Positions 29,572 through 39,858 of a stretch of 64,000 nt of DNA are shown here, one piece after another. The notes under the pieces are model-generated. The model saw only the letters and a list, made by a program, of their open reading frames with translations. It made no database searches and had not been told where the DNA came from. The stretch is from a virus: the IMG/VR virus record IMGVR_UViG_3300043449_002563, positions 5,492 to 69,491 of that record. One strand, given 5' to 3'. Each line of letters opens with the position of its first letter. The first letter of the stretch is position 1. Made by a program: the position numbers and the translations under genes.

Positions 29572-29988
29572 TTAGTGCCACCTGATTTTATAATTAAGTG
29601 TTTCTGTAACGGTTTCTTTTGGAGCAGTGTTACTTTTTTTCTCAACAACTTTAGTTGATACAAAATCTGTTATTTTCCCATCGACTAAACCAACTGCAAA
29701 TACAGTGATTTGCGAATTTTCTGGAACACTGGCCAAAACAATAGCTTTTTTGCCGTTGTCTTCTAAGTAATTGATATTTTTATCAGATACCACAAGCCAT
29801 TTGACTGTTCCTGCGCATTTGGCTTGAACCATAGTGAAACCGCCAACGGTAGCAACAACTTCATTTGGAAGTTCAATGCCTTCTGCTTTTGCCACAGATT
29901 TAGCTGGAACAATAGGTTTTTGCGCCATAGATTGCATTGGCAGACACATAAAAACTGCTAAAACTGCATAAGATAGGTACTTTAACAT
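29572..29988 (-). CDS. Secreted/periplasmic hypothetical protein (signal peptide)
   Basis: MLKYLSYAVLAVFMCLPMQSMA-Q signal-like N-terminus; AAGGAG SD. Confidence 0.7.
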   Translation of the reverse strand: MLKYLSYAVLAVFMCLPMQSMAQKPIVPAKSVAKAEGIELPNEVVATVGGFTMVQAKCAGTVKWLVVSDKNINYLEDNGKKAIVLASVPENSQITVFAVGLVDGKITDFVSTKVVEKKSNTAPKETVTETLNYKIRWH

Positions 29989-30052
29989 ATTAGCTCCTTT
30001 CTAACTACAATAATATATATCCTTAGAGCAAATTAATACTAGAGGTTGAAAA

Positions 30053-31438
30053 ATGAATAGTTCAGCAGGCGATCTTTTGCTGGCTTTTTTAGATAAAGAT
30101 TCGCAAAAAACAATCGATATAAATGTTGTCGGCGATGTAATGTTCGATGAGTATCATGAAGTTGAAGTAGAAAGAATAAGTCCTGAGTTCCCTATACCAG
30201 TATACAAATCCAATTCAGTAGATCCATGTTCCGGCATAATTCCCGGCGGAGCCGCAAATGTTGCGTATCAATTCAAACACTTTAACGTACAGTCAGAACT
30301 TGTAGCTCTCATCAATAAAGTTGGAGAGGTGTCTTTTAATGCAAAAGGCATAAGTACTACTAATTGCAAGGTTTACAACAACATTACCATCCCAACTAAA
30401 AAAAGATTTTATTCTCAAGGCGTACCGCTTGTTCGTCACGACATTGAGAAAGAAAACTACGGGATAGATGAAATTAAGAAGTACTTGTTTGATCTACAGG
30501 TGCCAGATGCAGACTTCACAATATTTAGTGATTATTCCAAAGGATTGTTTAGCAATCCATGGTTCCGAAAGTTCATTACCAAAACCAAAAGCATAGTAGA
30601 CCCCAAAAGCAGCTTTATAGACATGTGGGAAGGATGTAGCTATTTCAAACCTAATGCCTCAGAAGCTGAAAAATTGAGCGAGAAAAAGAATATCCATGAT
30701 CAGCTTGAATTTTTTATTGATAGTTTGAAATGCCAAGGGGTTGTGATTACCCGTAGTGGAGCTGGTGTCATTGGCAAAGATGATCGCAATAACACTTTCG
30801 AAGTAGTACCAGATTTCAAACTTCCAAATCCAGAAAGTGTTATAGGTGCCGGCGACTGCTTTATATCATTTCTTACAATGGCATTGGCTAGAGGATTTAG
30901 CTTAGAGAAAGCAGCTCAGATAGCATTCGCTGCAGGTTGCTGTTATGTTAGAAAAAGGCATAACAGTCCTCTCAGTCCAGCAGAACTGTTATCATATTGT
31001 GGTGTTAAAGTAATTAACAATCCTGATATTTTGAAGCGTAGAAATTTTAAACTTGTCGCAACTAATGGATGTTTTGATGCAGGCTGCACTTTGGCTCATG
31101 TAGATTGTTTGAAATTCGCTAAAAGTCATGGTGATAAACTTCTCGTTGCTATCAATTCTGATGCGAGTGTTACAAAATTAAAAGGAAGAGGCCGGCCTAT
31201 TTTACCGGCTGTAGAGAGGGCCAAGATAATTGCTGCTCTAGAATTTGTTGACTTTGTTGCTATTTTTGACGAAGACACACCTTATGAAATATACAAGAAG
31301 GTTATGCCTGATCTTATTGTTAAAGGTGGGGATTATAGGAAGAATGAAGTAGTTGGTAATGATTTGGCTGATGTTATAATATTCCCTTATGTTAATTGTG
31401 TTAGCACAACAGAAAAGGTTAAGAAACTAGCAGATTAG
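30053..31438 (+). CDS. hldE: Bifunctional heptose-7-phosphate kinase / heptose-1-phosphate adenylyltransferase (HldE/RfaE)
   Basis: VGDVMFDEY..RISPEFPIPV, GGAANVA, SDYSKG, KPNASE, GAGD, TNGCFD, INSDASV.KLKG.GRP, KGGDY, STT. Confidence 0.92.
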   Translation: MNSSAGDLLLAFLDKDSQKTIDINVVGDVMFDEYHEVEVERISPEFPIPVYKSNSVDPCSGIIPGGAANVAYQFKHFNVQSELVALINKVGEVSFNAKGISTTNCKVYNNITIPTKKRFYSQGVPLVRHDIEKENYGIDEIKKYLFDLQVPDADFTIFSDYSKGLFSNPWFRKFITKTKSIVDPKSSFIDMWEGCSYFKPNASEAEKLSEKKNIHDQLEFFIDSLKCQGVVITRSGAGVIGKDDRNNTFEVVPDFKLPNPESVIGAGDCFISFLTMALARGFSLEKAAQIAFAAGCCYVRKRHNSPLSPAELLSYCGVKVINNPDILKRRNFKLVATNGCFDAGCTLAHVDCLKFAKSHGDKLLVAINSDASVTKLKGRGRPILPAVERAKIIAALEFVDFVAIFDEDTPYEIYKKVMPDLIVKGGDYRKNEVVGNDLADVIIFPYVNCVSTTEKVKKLAD

Positions 31439-31452
31439 TAATATATAAATTT

Positions 31453-31902
31453 ATGAAGTTAAATTTCGCCAAATGGCTCGCTGAGGAATCGAAGCCAGAT
31501 TTCACAGGTATGATAGCACAGTCTTTAGTGCCTGCGCTGCTTGACCCTTTGTCAAATCAACTAGCTAACAAAATGAAACCAGCTGTTGAAAAAATAGTAG
31601 CCGACTCTTCTGCTAAAACAGCAAAGGATTTAGCTAATCAACAGAGAATGCAACAACAACAGCAACAAAATAAACCAGCTTTTCCGGCTAAAGACAAAAT
31701 GAATGACACGCAGCCCGGCAAAGCTTTCAACCCTGCTACCGAGCAAAAACCAGCTACTACTCAGTATGGGCAAGTTAATACGCCTAATCCCGGCGATAAG
31801 AAAACGGCTGATATGATTACAAAGCAAGTAACCCAGAATGTTGTAAAAGCCATGGAAGGAAAGCCTATAGGACAGGGTACCGTGCCTAAGGGTACTCCAT
31901 GA
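31453..31902 (+). CDS. Hypothetical Gln/Pro-rich protein, capsid-targeting-like N-terminus
   Basis: MKLNFAKWLAEE; TATATA 5 nt before ATG. Confidence 0.75.
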   Translation: MKLNFAKWLAEESKPDFTGMIAQSLVPALLDPLSNQLANKMKPAVEKIVADSSAKTAKDLANQQRMQQQQQQNKPAFPAKDKMNDTQPGKAFNPATEQKPATTQYGQVNTPNPGDKKTADMITKQVTQNVVKAMEGKPIGQGTVPKGTP

Positions 31903-32066
31903 GTTTCAAAGAGTGGCTTCAATTAGATGAAAAAGATAATCGTGGTGGCGACAGATACAAGACATTTGCATCACATCTTCGCAACCACATGACAAGGTCC
32001 ATGAACAAATTTAAAAATCCATATAAAGATACATTCAAAGGCGTATTCAAAGTCAAAAATGTATAA
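31899..32066 (+). CDS. 55-aa basic protein, capsid-targeting-like N-terminus (not in ORF track)
   Basis: ATGA overlap with upstream stop; translates MSFKEWLQLDEKDNRGG...KVKNV*. Confidence 0.7.
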   Translation: MSFKEWLQLDEKDNRGGDRYKTFASHLRNHMTRSMNKFKNPYKDTFKGVFKVKNV

Positions 32067-32211
32067 AAATATATTTATTTCACTATATTAGGTTTAAATT
32101 TATTCCGAAATTTAATTCTTTCGATTAGTGGTAAGTATAAATACAAGGAATGGCCAGTAAGTGTAAATTGAAAAGAATCAAATGAAGGATTTTAAAAATT
32201 AAGGTGGCCAC

Positions 32212-32502
32212 ATGTCAAGATTCAGTTTTGACTCAGATTATGATGATGACGAAGAAGAGCGAGATCAGGAGCGAGAGGAAAATCTTGCCGATGAACTTTT
32301 TCTTAAAGATCAAATAATCACAGTCCAGCAAGAAAATAATGATATTCTCAAAATGGAAGTTGAACAAAAGCTAATAGAAATTTCTATTGCTGTTTGTCAA
32401 AAAAGTTGGTTCTGGTCATTTAGAAGTCTATCAAGCAAAATAAAAGCTGTTAGAAAAGTTTTTAAACAATTTAAAAATATGCTACTAAACGAAAAGTTCT
32501 AA
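32212..32502 (+). CDS. Hypothetical protein, acidic N-terminus
   Basis: AAGGT SD; 96 aa. Confidence 0.7.
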   Translation: MSRFSFDSDYDDDEEERDQEREENLADELFLKDQIITVQQENNDILKMEVEQKLIEISIAVCQKSWFWSFRSLSSKIKAVRKVFKQFKNMLLNEKF

Positions 32503-32525
32503 AAATTACCAATCTACCACACTGT

Positions 32526-32559
32526 AATAACCGAGGATAATGTTCTCGGTTATTTTTTT
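32526..32559 (+). terminator. Intrinsic terminator
   Basis: AATAACCGAG...CTCGGTTATT plus T tract. Confidence 0.7.
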
Positions 32560-32573
32560 ATAAAGGGGTTAAT

Positions 32574-32903
32574 ATGCCTTCTTATTGTTTCCAATGTGGA
32601 AAGTGCAAGAAAGAATATAGTGATCTAGTTTCATTCGATCCAACCGGAAAGTACAAGGATACTGAATGTCCTAGCTGTGGAAGCAAAAAGAAGAAAATGC
32701 TTCTTACAGCAGCAGAATTAAAATTTTCAAATCCTACAGACACTTCGAAATTTGATAACTTTAGTTATCGTGCAGGATATAATTTAGAGGCTGCACAAGA
32801 TTTGAGAAAGGCAGCCGAAGAAGTTTCGCATATGGGAACTGAACCATATGCAGACGGCATAGACGATATAAATCGTGGTGATCTGTTTGGTGAGGTCAAG
32901 TAA
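32574..32903 (+). CDS. FmdB-family zinc-ribbon protein
   Basis: MPSYCFQCGKC...CPSCGS. Confidence 0.8.
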   Translation: MPSYCFQCGKCKKEYSDLVSFDPTGKYKDTECPSCGSKKKKMLLTAAELKFSNPTDTSKFDNFSYRAGYNLEAAQDLRKAAEEVSHMGTEPYADGIDDINRGDLFGEVK

Positions 32904-32914
32904 AGGAGCCCGTT

Positions 32915-34990
32915 ATGACCACTAAGCTTGAAAAAATCTCAGCCCTGTATAACAAAGATGAATTCGTAACGATCAATGAGGAAATGAGCTTCGAGGATTA
33001 CCTTGAGCTTTGCTACAAGCGTCCCAAGCTTGTAAGGACTGCGTATCAGAGAATCTATGACATGGTTATCTCCAAGGGAGTAACTGAAGTAGAGCAGTAT
33101 CGCAAAGTTCTTACAAAGTACAATTTCTTCAGTGATACTCAAATTCCTATCTTTGGTTTGGAAGACACTATTGACAGGCTGATGAAGCATGTCAAAGGCG
33201 CAGCCGGTGGTTTTGGCACCGAGAAGCGTATTCTTCTGCTCCACGGTCCAGTAGGAAGTAGCAAATCAACTATCTGTCGTTTGCTGAAGAGGGGTCTTGA
33301 AAATTACAGCAAGACGGATGAAGGTGCATGGTACAGCTTTAAGTGGGTTAATTTACCTACAGGTGCCGATGGCATTTATACGAGTGAGTGCGATGACTGC
33401 CCGATGCATGAGGAGCCGCTCAAGCTGATTCCGGCAGACATGCGTAAGACTGTTCTGGCCGAGCTAAATGAAATCCACATGCAGCAAACGCCAGAAGCGG
33501 ACAGGGTATCCCAATACAACTTGGCTATTGATGGAGAGCTTGACCCACGTTGCAAGTTTTTCATGCAACAATTGCTCAAGCGTTATAAGGGTGATTGGAA
33601 GCAGGTTGTAGACAATCATATTCGTGTTGTACGAAAGGTTTATAGCGAAGCTGATCGTACTGGTGTCGCTACTTTCCAACCTAAAGATGAGAAAAATCAG
33701 GATGCGACGGAACTTACTGGTGATATTAATTTCGCTAAGATTAGTCACTTTGGAAGCGATAGTGATCCTAGAGCTTTTAGTTTCGATGGTGAGCTATGCG
33801 TTGGCAACCGAGGAGTAGTTGAATTCATCGAAATGTTAAAATTGGAGCAGGCCTTCTTGTATGACCTTTTAGGTGCTTCACAAGAGCGTAGTATCAAGCC
33901 AAAGAAATTTAGCCAGATTACCGTGGATATGGCAATTATTGGACATACTAATCAGCCCGAATTTGAAAAGCTGAAGAACAATCAATTCATGGAAGCTTTG
34001 CGTGACCGAACTGTCAAGATTGACGTTCCTTACCTGACTCGTTGGGACGATGAGATCAAGGTTTTAAGGCAGGACTATGATCAAGATAAGGTAAGGCAGC
34101 ACATTGCTCCTCACACTATTGAGGTTGCAGCTTTGTGGGCCGTACTTACCAGATTGCAAGATGACAAGGATGGAAAGCTCAGCTTAGTAGAAAAAGCCGA
34201 ATTGTATAACGGCAAGATGATTCCCGGCTGGACGGAAGACAGTGTCAAGGAACTTCGTGACAAGTACGAAGAAGAAGGTATGAACGGCGGTGTTAGCGCC
34301 CGTTATGTTCAAGATAAGATTTCTAATTGCCTAGCAGATAGGCATGATTACATCAACCCATTTATGGTCTTGAACGCCCTCAAGGATGGCCTTGAGAATA
34401 ACTCTTTAATTACTAACAAGGATCAGGTAGTCCGTTACAACACCTGCATCGATCTTGCTAGTAAAAAACTTGATGAAATTCTCAAAGCGGAGGTGCAAAA
34501 AGCTCTAGTGGGAGATGAAGAAGCAGTTGTAAGGTTGTGCAGCAATTATATTGATAACCTCATGGCCTATATTAACAAGTCCAAGGTACGTAATCCTTAC
34601 ACTGGCAGGGAAGAAAGTCCAGATGAAAGGTTTATGCGTGGTATTGAAACCAAGATCGATGTGCCAGAAAACGGCGTTGATGATTTCCGGCGCATGATCG
34701 CTGCCTTTATTGGCGAATTGGCTCACAAGGGCAAGACATTTTCATGGGATAGTAACCCTCTTCTCAAAAAGGCTTTTGAATCCAAGCTATATGAGGATAC
34801 AAAAGACCACATCAAGCTTTCTGCTTTGCATGTAAGTGGAGCGTCCGTTGTTGATCCCAAGGTTCAAGAAAAGATTGATGCAGTATCTAAGAGGCTGCAG
34901 GAAATGGGATACAACGAGCAGAGCGCAAGGGATGTGCTTGATTATGTTGGATCCATATTCGCAAGAGGCGACTTGGCAGATCAAGACTAA
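32915..34990 (+). CDS. prkA: PrkA/YeaG-family AAA+ protein
   Basis: LLLHGPVGSSKS, CPMHEEPL, FQPKDEKNQDATELTG, SDPRAFSFDG, NRGVVEFIEMLK, EALRDR. Confidence 0.93.
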   Translation: MTTKLEKISALYNKDEFVTINEEMSFEDYLELCYKRPKLVRTAYQRIYDMVISKGVTEVEQYRKVLTKYNFFSDTQIPIFGLEDTIDRLMKHVKGAAGGFGTEKRILLLHGPVGSSKSTICRLLKRGLENYSKTDEGAWYSFKWVNLPTGADGIYTSECDDCPMHEEPLKLIPADMRKTVLAELNEIHMQQTPEADRVSQYNLAIDGELDPRCKFFMQQLLKRYKGDWKQVVDNHIRVVRKVYSEADRTGVATFQPKDEKNQDATELTGDINFAKISHFGSDSDPRAFSFDGELCVGNRGVVEFIEMLKLEQAFLYDLLGASQERSIKPKKFSQITVDMAIIGHTNQPEFEKLKNNQFMEALRDRTVKIDVPYLTRWDDEIKVLRQDYDQDKVRQHIAPHTIEVAALWAVLTRLQDDKDGKLSLVEKAELYNGKMIPGWTEDSVKELRDKYEEEGMNGGVSARYVQDKISNCLADRHDYINPFMVLNALKDGLENNSLITNKDQVVRYNTCIDLASKKLDEILKAEVQKALVGDEEAVVRLCSNYIDNLMAYINKSKVRNPYTGREESPDERFMRGIETKIDVPENGVDDFRRMIAAFIGELAHKGKTFSWDSNPLLKKAFESKLYEDTKDHIKLSALHVSGASVVDPKVQEKIDAVSKRLQEMGYNEQSARDVLDYVGSIFARGDLADQD

Positions 34991-35074
34991 TAAAAGTACC
35001 GTTTCGCAGACGGAATCTATTTAAAGCTTGGGGAGACAAATGTCTAGGAACCAAGAATCTGCTTTACAAAGGAG

Positions 35075-35290
35075 ATGATCATGGGTGTATGTAAGAAGAA
35101 CAACAAGAACAATCTTCGCTTGTTAGAAGAGATCGATGATGTTATGATGGAGTCTTGGGCTCAAGGATTTGACTTGGGCCAAGCCATCGACACCATGCCA
35201 AATTATTTAAGGGAAGCTTTCCTTAAGTTTTCGTTTGGCACTCCGGTGAAAACCGACGATGGCAGTTATGTCATCACCCTTAGGCCATAA
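35075..35290 (+). CDS. Hypothetical protein
   Basis: AAGGAG SD; 71 aa. Confidence 0.55.
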   Translation: MIMGVCKKNNKNNLRLLEEIDDVMMESWAQGFDLGQAIDTMPNYLREAFLKFSFGTPVKTDDGSYVITLRP

Positions 35291-35298
35291 GGTGCAAC

Positions 35299-35646
35299 AT
35301 GCTCGGAATCCTCCTTTCTGCCTTGTTTCAATTTGTTCTTCTTAACAACTTGGATAACAGAAAGGAGTATTCCGGAAATGTTTTTCACACAGAGTCTTAC
35401 TCTGAGTTCTATGGAAGCTTGGATCAGGATGAATCCGGAAACTTTGTATTTTATCATGTGCCGTCTGGTGTGATTAAACCAGCAGTAATTTTCAAACATC
35501 AAATGACATTTGTAAAACGCAGCGACCGTATGAAAGCTTTGAAAAATGTTGGTAAAAATGTTAGAATTAAAGGACAAATTTTAAAAACAGAAGATTTTGA
35601 AATCCTTATCGTAGAGAGTATAGATATTTTGCAATTAGAAATTTAA
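35299..35646 (+). CDS. Hypothetical protein with N-terminal hydrophobic segment, possible OB-fold
   Basis: MLGILLSALFQFVLL; VGKNVRIKGQI...ILIVESI. Confidence 0.6.
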   Translation: MLGILLSALFQFVLLNNLDNRKEYSGNVFHTESYSEFYGSLDQDESGNFVFYHVPSGVIKPAVIFKHQMTFVKRSDRMKALKNVGKNVRIKGQILKTEDFEILIVESIDILQLEI

Positions 35647-35677
35647 GCTCACATATCTTATCGAAAGAGGTATCCCA

Positions 35678-36868
35678 ATGTGTCCTCGCCGTATTGAAGA
35701 AGATCACAACAGTTTTAGAGATGTAGTTTCTGGTAAAATAAGAAAAGCTTTGAAAAAGTTCGTTAAGAACGGTTCTATGTTCAAGAACCGTGGCAAAAAC
35801 GGCAAAGTACAGATAACCATTCCCCGTATTGATATTCCTCACATTGTTTACGGCGATAACAATTCGGGCGTTGGTAGAGGTAATGTAAAAAAAGGCGATG
35901 TAATAGGCAAAGATGATCCTAAAAACGGCAAAGGCAATCAAGCTGGGGAGGATGAAGGAGAAGGCATCGTCATTAATCTTGACATGGAAGAACTTCTTCA
36001 GTTCATGCAAGAAGAGCTACAGCTGCCTAATCTACAGCCTAGAGAAGATGATGTAATTGATGAAGTAAAAATTAAATACAACAACATAAGTCTAGTTGGC
36101 CCAGAAAGCCTTAGACATACCAGAAGAACCATGCTTACAGCCTTAAAAAGGTTATGCAGTACTGGAGAGATAAACAAGTTACATCACATTCCCGGATTCA
36201 AAGATCCGGTGAAATTGATTACTCCTATTAACAGCGATAAACGCTACAGGCAGCATAAAGAAATCAAAATGCCTAGTAGCAATGCCTTGATTATATACGC
36301 AAGAGATGGCTCTGCGTCTATGGATGAAACAAAGTGTGAAATAGTTTCTGATATGGCTTGGTGGATAGACGTTTGGATAAAGAGATTTTATAAGCGCACG
36401 GAAAGATTTTTTGTTTGGCATGATGTTACTGCACAGGAAGTGTCAGAAGATAAGTTCTACAAGTACAGGTATGGCGGCGGAACAACTTGCAGCAGTGCAT
36501 TAAAGCTTATTGCAAAACAATTTGAGAACAGATTCCCACCAAAGAAATGGAACATTTACGTGTTCTATTTCACCGATGGAGAGAATCAGTACAATGATAA
36601 TCCTGAATTTATCAATGTGCTTAAAGAAAAGTTTGGAACAAATACGGTAAATCTTTTCGGCGTTACGCAGATAAATGCTTATGATTATAGAAACAGCGTC
36701 ATGGAAGCAGTAGACACAGCTATTGTTGACAATGTTCTTGAAGACAATGTCAAAACTACTGACATTAATGCAAATAACCTGAATCCAGAAGATAGAAGCA
36801 AAACCATCCTAGAGGCCATCAGGCAACTCATGGGAGCTAAGGGTTCGAGCAAGCTTGGGAGCGAATAA
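35678..36868 (+). CDS. yeaH: YeaH/YhbH (DUF444) vWA-domain protein
   Basis: IPRIDIPHIVYG, ELQLPNLQP, DGSASM (MIDAS), GGGTTCSSA, WNIYVFYFTDGEN. Confidence 0.9.
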   Translation: MCPRRIEEDHNSFRDVVSGKIRKALKKFVKNGSMFKNRGKNGKVQITIPRIDIPHIVYGDNNSGVGRGNVKKGDVIGKDDPKNGKGNQAGEDEGEGIVINLDMEELLQFMQEELQLPNLQPREDDVIDEVKIKYNNISLVGPESLRHTRRTMLTALKRLCSTGEINKLHHIPGFKDPVKLITPINSDKRYRQHKEIKMPSSNALIIYARDGSASMDETKCEIVSDMAWWIDVWIKRFYKRTERFFVWHDVTAQEVSEDKFYKYRYGGGTTCSSALKLIAKQFENRFPPKKWNIYVFYFTDGENQYNDNPEFINVLKEKFGTNTVNLFGVTQINAYDYRNSVMEAVDTAIVDNVLEDNVKTTDINANNLNPEDRSKTILEAIRQLMGAKGSSKLGSE

Positions 36869-38479
36869 ATGAGCAACAAATTTATGTATGGCAGCCCTAT
36901 TCTTATGGGCAGCAATACAACGCCCGGTGTCCAAATACCACCGGAATTGAAGCGTGTCATACCTGATATTTTCAAAGCCTGTCAGGAATTTGGTTTAGAT
37001 TATTACGCTCCTATTATCCAAATGCTCACCCATGACGAAATGTCAGAGGTTGCCAGCTATGGCGGTTTCGGCGTTCGTTATCCACATTGGAAATGGGGCA
37101 TGGAATATGAAGAGATGCAGCGTGGCTATATGCACGGCATGCACCGCATTTATGAAATGGTCATCAATTGTGATCCTTGTTACATCTATTGTTTGAACAG
37201 CAACACCTTACTGGATAATGTCACTGTAATTGCCCATGCCTTGGGTCATTCACACTACTTTAAAAACAATTTGTTCTTCAAACACACCAATAAAAACATG
37301 CTCAATGAGTTCGCTAATCATGGAACTCGTATTAGGCGTTATATGAGCCGCTGGGGCAAGGAAAGAGTTATAGAATTTATTGACAACGTTTTAAGAATAG
37401 AAACTTTAGTTGATAATGCCAAAGCATGGAACCAAAGAGAAATCAAGCAACCTGTAATTAGAGATCAAAGGAAGTACCGTCAACCAAAACGCATGCAGAC
37501 AGATAAATCTCGCATGTACATGGATGATTGGATTAATACTAAGGAATTTCTTGAATCAGAACATAGAAAAATTGAGAAAGCTGAAAAAGCTGATGATTTA
37601 GGTCTTATGCTAAGGCCTGAAAAAGATATTTTTGGCTGGATTAAAGATAATGCAAATTTGAAGCCTTGGCAAGCCGACATCATGAGCATGTTGTATGACG
37701 AGGCTATGTATTATGCTCCGCAAGGCGCTACTAAAGTCGCCAATGAAGGATTTGCTAGTTACTGCGATTATAAATTGATTGCAGAGCAGGGTTTGTGCGC
37801 TTTAGGCCAACCATCGCATGACCACGGGATTGTTGAATATGCCAAACACAAAATGGGCGTCTTAGGAGGAAAATATAGTACCAATCCTTATAAGCTAGGC
37901 TTCTGCATGCTTTTAGATATAGAAGAAAGATGGAATAAAGGCATGTTCGGCAGCGAATGGGATAACGTTGCTTCCTACAAGGAAAAAGAAAATTGGGATC
38001 AGAAGTTGGGTTTAGGAAAAGATAAAGTCTTTGAGGTCGTAAGAAATTACGATGACGTAAATTTGATCAACGAATACTTCGATCAAGATTTCTGTGATAA
38101 ATATCAGTTTTTTGATTGGGAAAAGCAAGAGAACGGAGAGTATGTAGTTGCAAGTAAGGATGCCAAACAAATCAAGAAGAAGCTTATTGAAAAGCATGCA
38201 AACCGTGGCTTGCCTATGATTTCGCTTGTTGATTCAAATCATTTGGGCAAAGGAATTATGTTACTTGAACACAAGTGGACAGGACGTACACTTTACAATC
38301 CTTATGTTAATGAAACTCTTGTATCAATAAATTTCCTAACAGGAAGACCTGTACTTTTGGCTTCCAAAAAGAAAACTGGCGAGGAAATCATATTTTATTG
38401 TGAGGGCTTTGGTGATTCACAGGTTCATCAGCTTACAAGAGAACAATATCGTAGAGAATTTGGAATTACACAAAAATAA
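36869..38479 (+). CDS. spoVR: SpoVR/YcgB-family protein
   Basis: RYPHWKWGMEY, IYEMVINCDPC, AHALGHSHYFKNN, TKVANEGFASY, NPYKLG. Confidence 0.92.
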   Translation: MSNKFMYGSPILMGSNTTPGVQIPPELKRVIPDIFKACQEFGLDYYAPIIQMLTHDEMSEVASYGGFGVRYPHWKWGMEYEEMQRGYMHGMHRIYEMVINCDPCYIYCLNSNTLLDNVTVIAHALGHSHYFKNNLFFKHTNKNMLNEFANHGTRIRRYMSRWGKERVIEFIDNVLRIETLVDNAKAWNQREIKQPVIRDQRKYRQPKRMQTDKSRMYMDDWINTKEFLESEHRKIEKAEKADDLGLMLRPEKDIFGWIKDNANLKPWQADIMSMLYDEAMYYAPQGATKVANEGFASYCDYKLIAEQGLCALGQPSHDHGIVEYAKHKMGVLGGKYSTNPYKLGFCMLLDIEERWNKGMFGSEWDNVASYKEKENWDQKLGLGKDKVFEVVRNYDDVNLINEYFDQDFCDKYQFFDWEKQENGEYVVASKDAKQIKKKLIEKHANRGLPMISLVDSNHLGKGIMLLEHKWTGRTLYNPYVNETLVSINFLTGRPVLLASKKKTGEEIIFYCEGFGDSQVHQLTREQYRREFGITQK

Positions 38480-38544
38480 TTTGAATTTTAATTCCAAATG
38501 GATATAATAATGTAACAAGAAAGATTAAAACATGTAGGCGAATT

Positions 38545-38585
38545 AGCCTCCCCAGTTACAGGTGTTGACTGGGGAGGCTTTTTTT
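38545..38585 (+). terminator. Intrinsic terminator
   Basis: AGCCTCCCCAGT/ACTGGGGAGGCT 12-bp stem plus T tract. Confidence 0.8.
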
Positions 38586-38632
38586 GTTTGCTAGAATTTA
38601 AATTTTTGACGGCTATTCTACTATATAAGAGT

Positions 38633-39802
38633 ATGAAGAAAACATTCGATGAAATAAGTAAATATTTTAAAGAACATGACTGTGAGCTTTTGGAAAGCGA
38701 ATATTTAAATGCGCATGAGAAAATGAAATATCGTTGTTCTTGCGGAAACATTTCTTTTATACATTGGAATAACTTTAAATCAGGTAGAAGATGTGGTTGC
38801 AGAAGAATTGGCGCACAAAGATTTACAGAATTTCAAGTCAAAAATGAAGTTGAGTCATTGGGTTTTTCTTTTGTTTCATCTAAATTTGTCAATAATCAAC
38901 ATATAGTTAAATGCGTATGTAAATGTGGTGTGTTGCGTGAAGTTCAACTGAAAAGCATACGTAGGTCTGATGGTTGTTTTACTTGTAGAAATCAAAATTT
39001 TGCTTTGAAATATCAAGAAGTATTTGATTATTTTGCACAACATAATTGTAAGCTTTTGGAAAAAGAATATAAAAATGCACGAACAAAATTGAAATATATT
39101 TGTAGTTGTGGCTCAGAATCTTCAATTGTATTCGATAGCTTCAAAAGAGGCAATCGTTGTAGGAAATGTGGTAACAAAAAGAATTCATTACAACAAAGAT
39201 TATCACAGGAAGAGGTAACAAAACAATTTTCTGATCATGGGTGTGTTTTGCAAGATAAATATAAAAAAGCAAGCACACCTTTAAAATTTATATGTAAGTG
39301 TGGCAGACAAGGTCTGAAGAGTTTGAACAATTTTAAAAAAATGCCGAGGTGCAAATCATGTAGCTTACAGGCAAGAAGTGGACAAAATCATTATGAATGG
39401 ATATCAGATAGAAAAATGAAAATAGAGTATGATTTGTTCAGGGATAAATGTTATAAGATGTTAAAAATTGTCTTAGGAAAATTTGGTGGGATCAAGTCGA
39501 AAAGAACAGAGGAAATGCTTGGATTTTCACCGGAGGAATTAATAGCCCACATAAGTGGTCATCCAAATTGGAGTAATTTGAAAAACGAAAGATGGCATTT
39601 AGATCATATTTTTCCAATAAAAGCTTTTTTTGATTATAGCATAAAAGATTTGAAACTTATTAATTGTTTGGAAAATTTACAGCCATTGACAGCAAAACAA
39701 AATTGTGTTAAAAATTGCAAGTATGATGCGGTTGCTTTTGAAAACTGGCTTCAGTCAAAAGGTGTAAAGGTAACATCATGTCTAACCAAGGGTCAAGTGT
39801 GA
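38633..39802 (+). mobile_element. Free-standing HNH homing endonuclease with four tandem Cys-rich zinc-binding repeats
   Basis: Repeats F..H.C.LL..EY.NA..K.KY.C.CG...RC..C; C-terminal WHLDHIFPI...INCLENLQPL...N; overlaps the dnaE start. Confidence 0.8.
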
Positions 39803-39858
39803 AGATAGTAGGTTTTGAACACCTACATCTTCACACTGACATACTGCCCCCGGCATAA
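39778..39858 (+). CDS. dnaE: True N-terminus of DnaE (26-codon mini-ORF MSNQGSSVKIVGFEHLHLHTDILPPA*)
   Basis: AAGGT SD, ATG 39778; encodes the PHP motif FEHLHLHTD in a different frame from the YSLLDG continuation at 39881. Confidence 0.8.
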   Translation: MSNQGSSVKIVGFEHLHLHTDILPPA

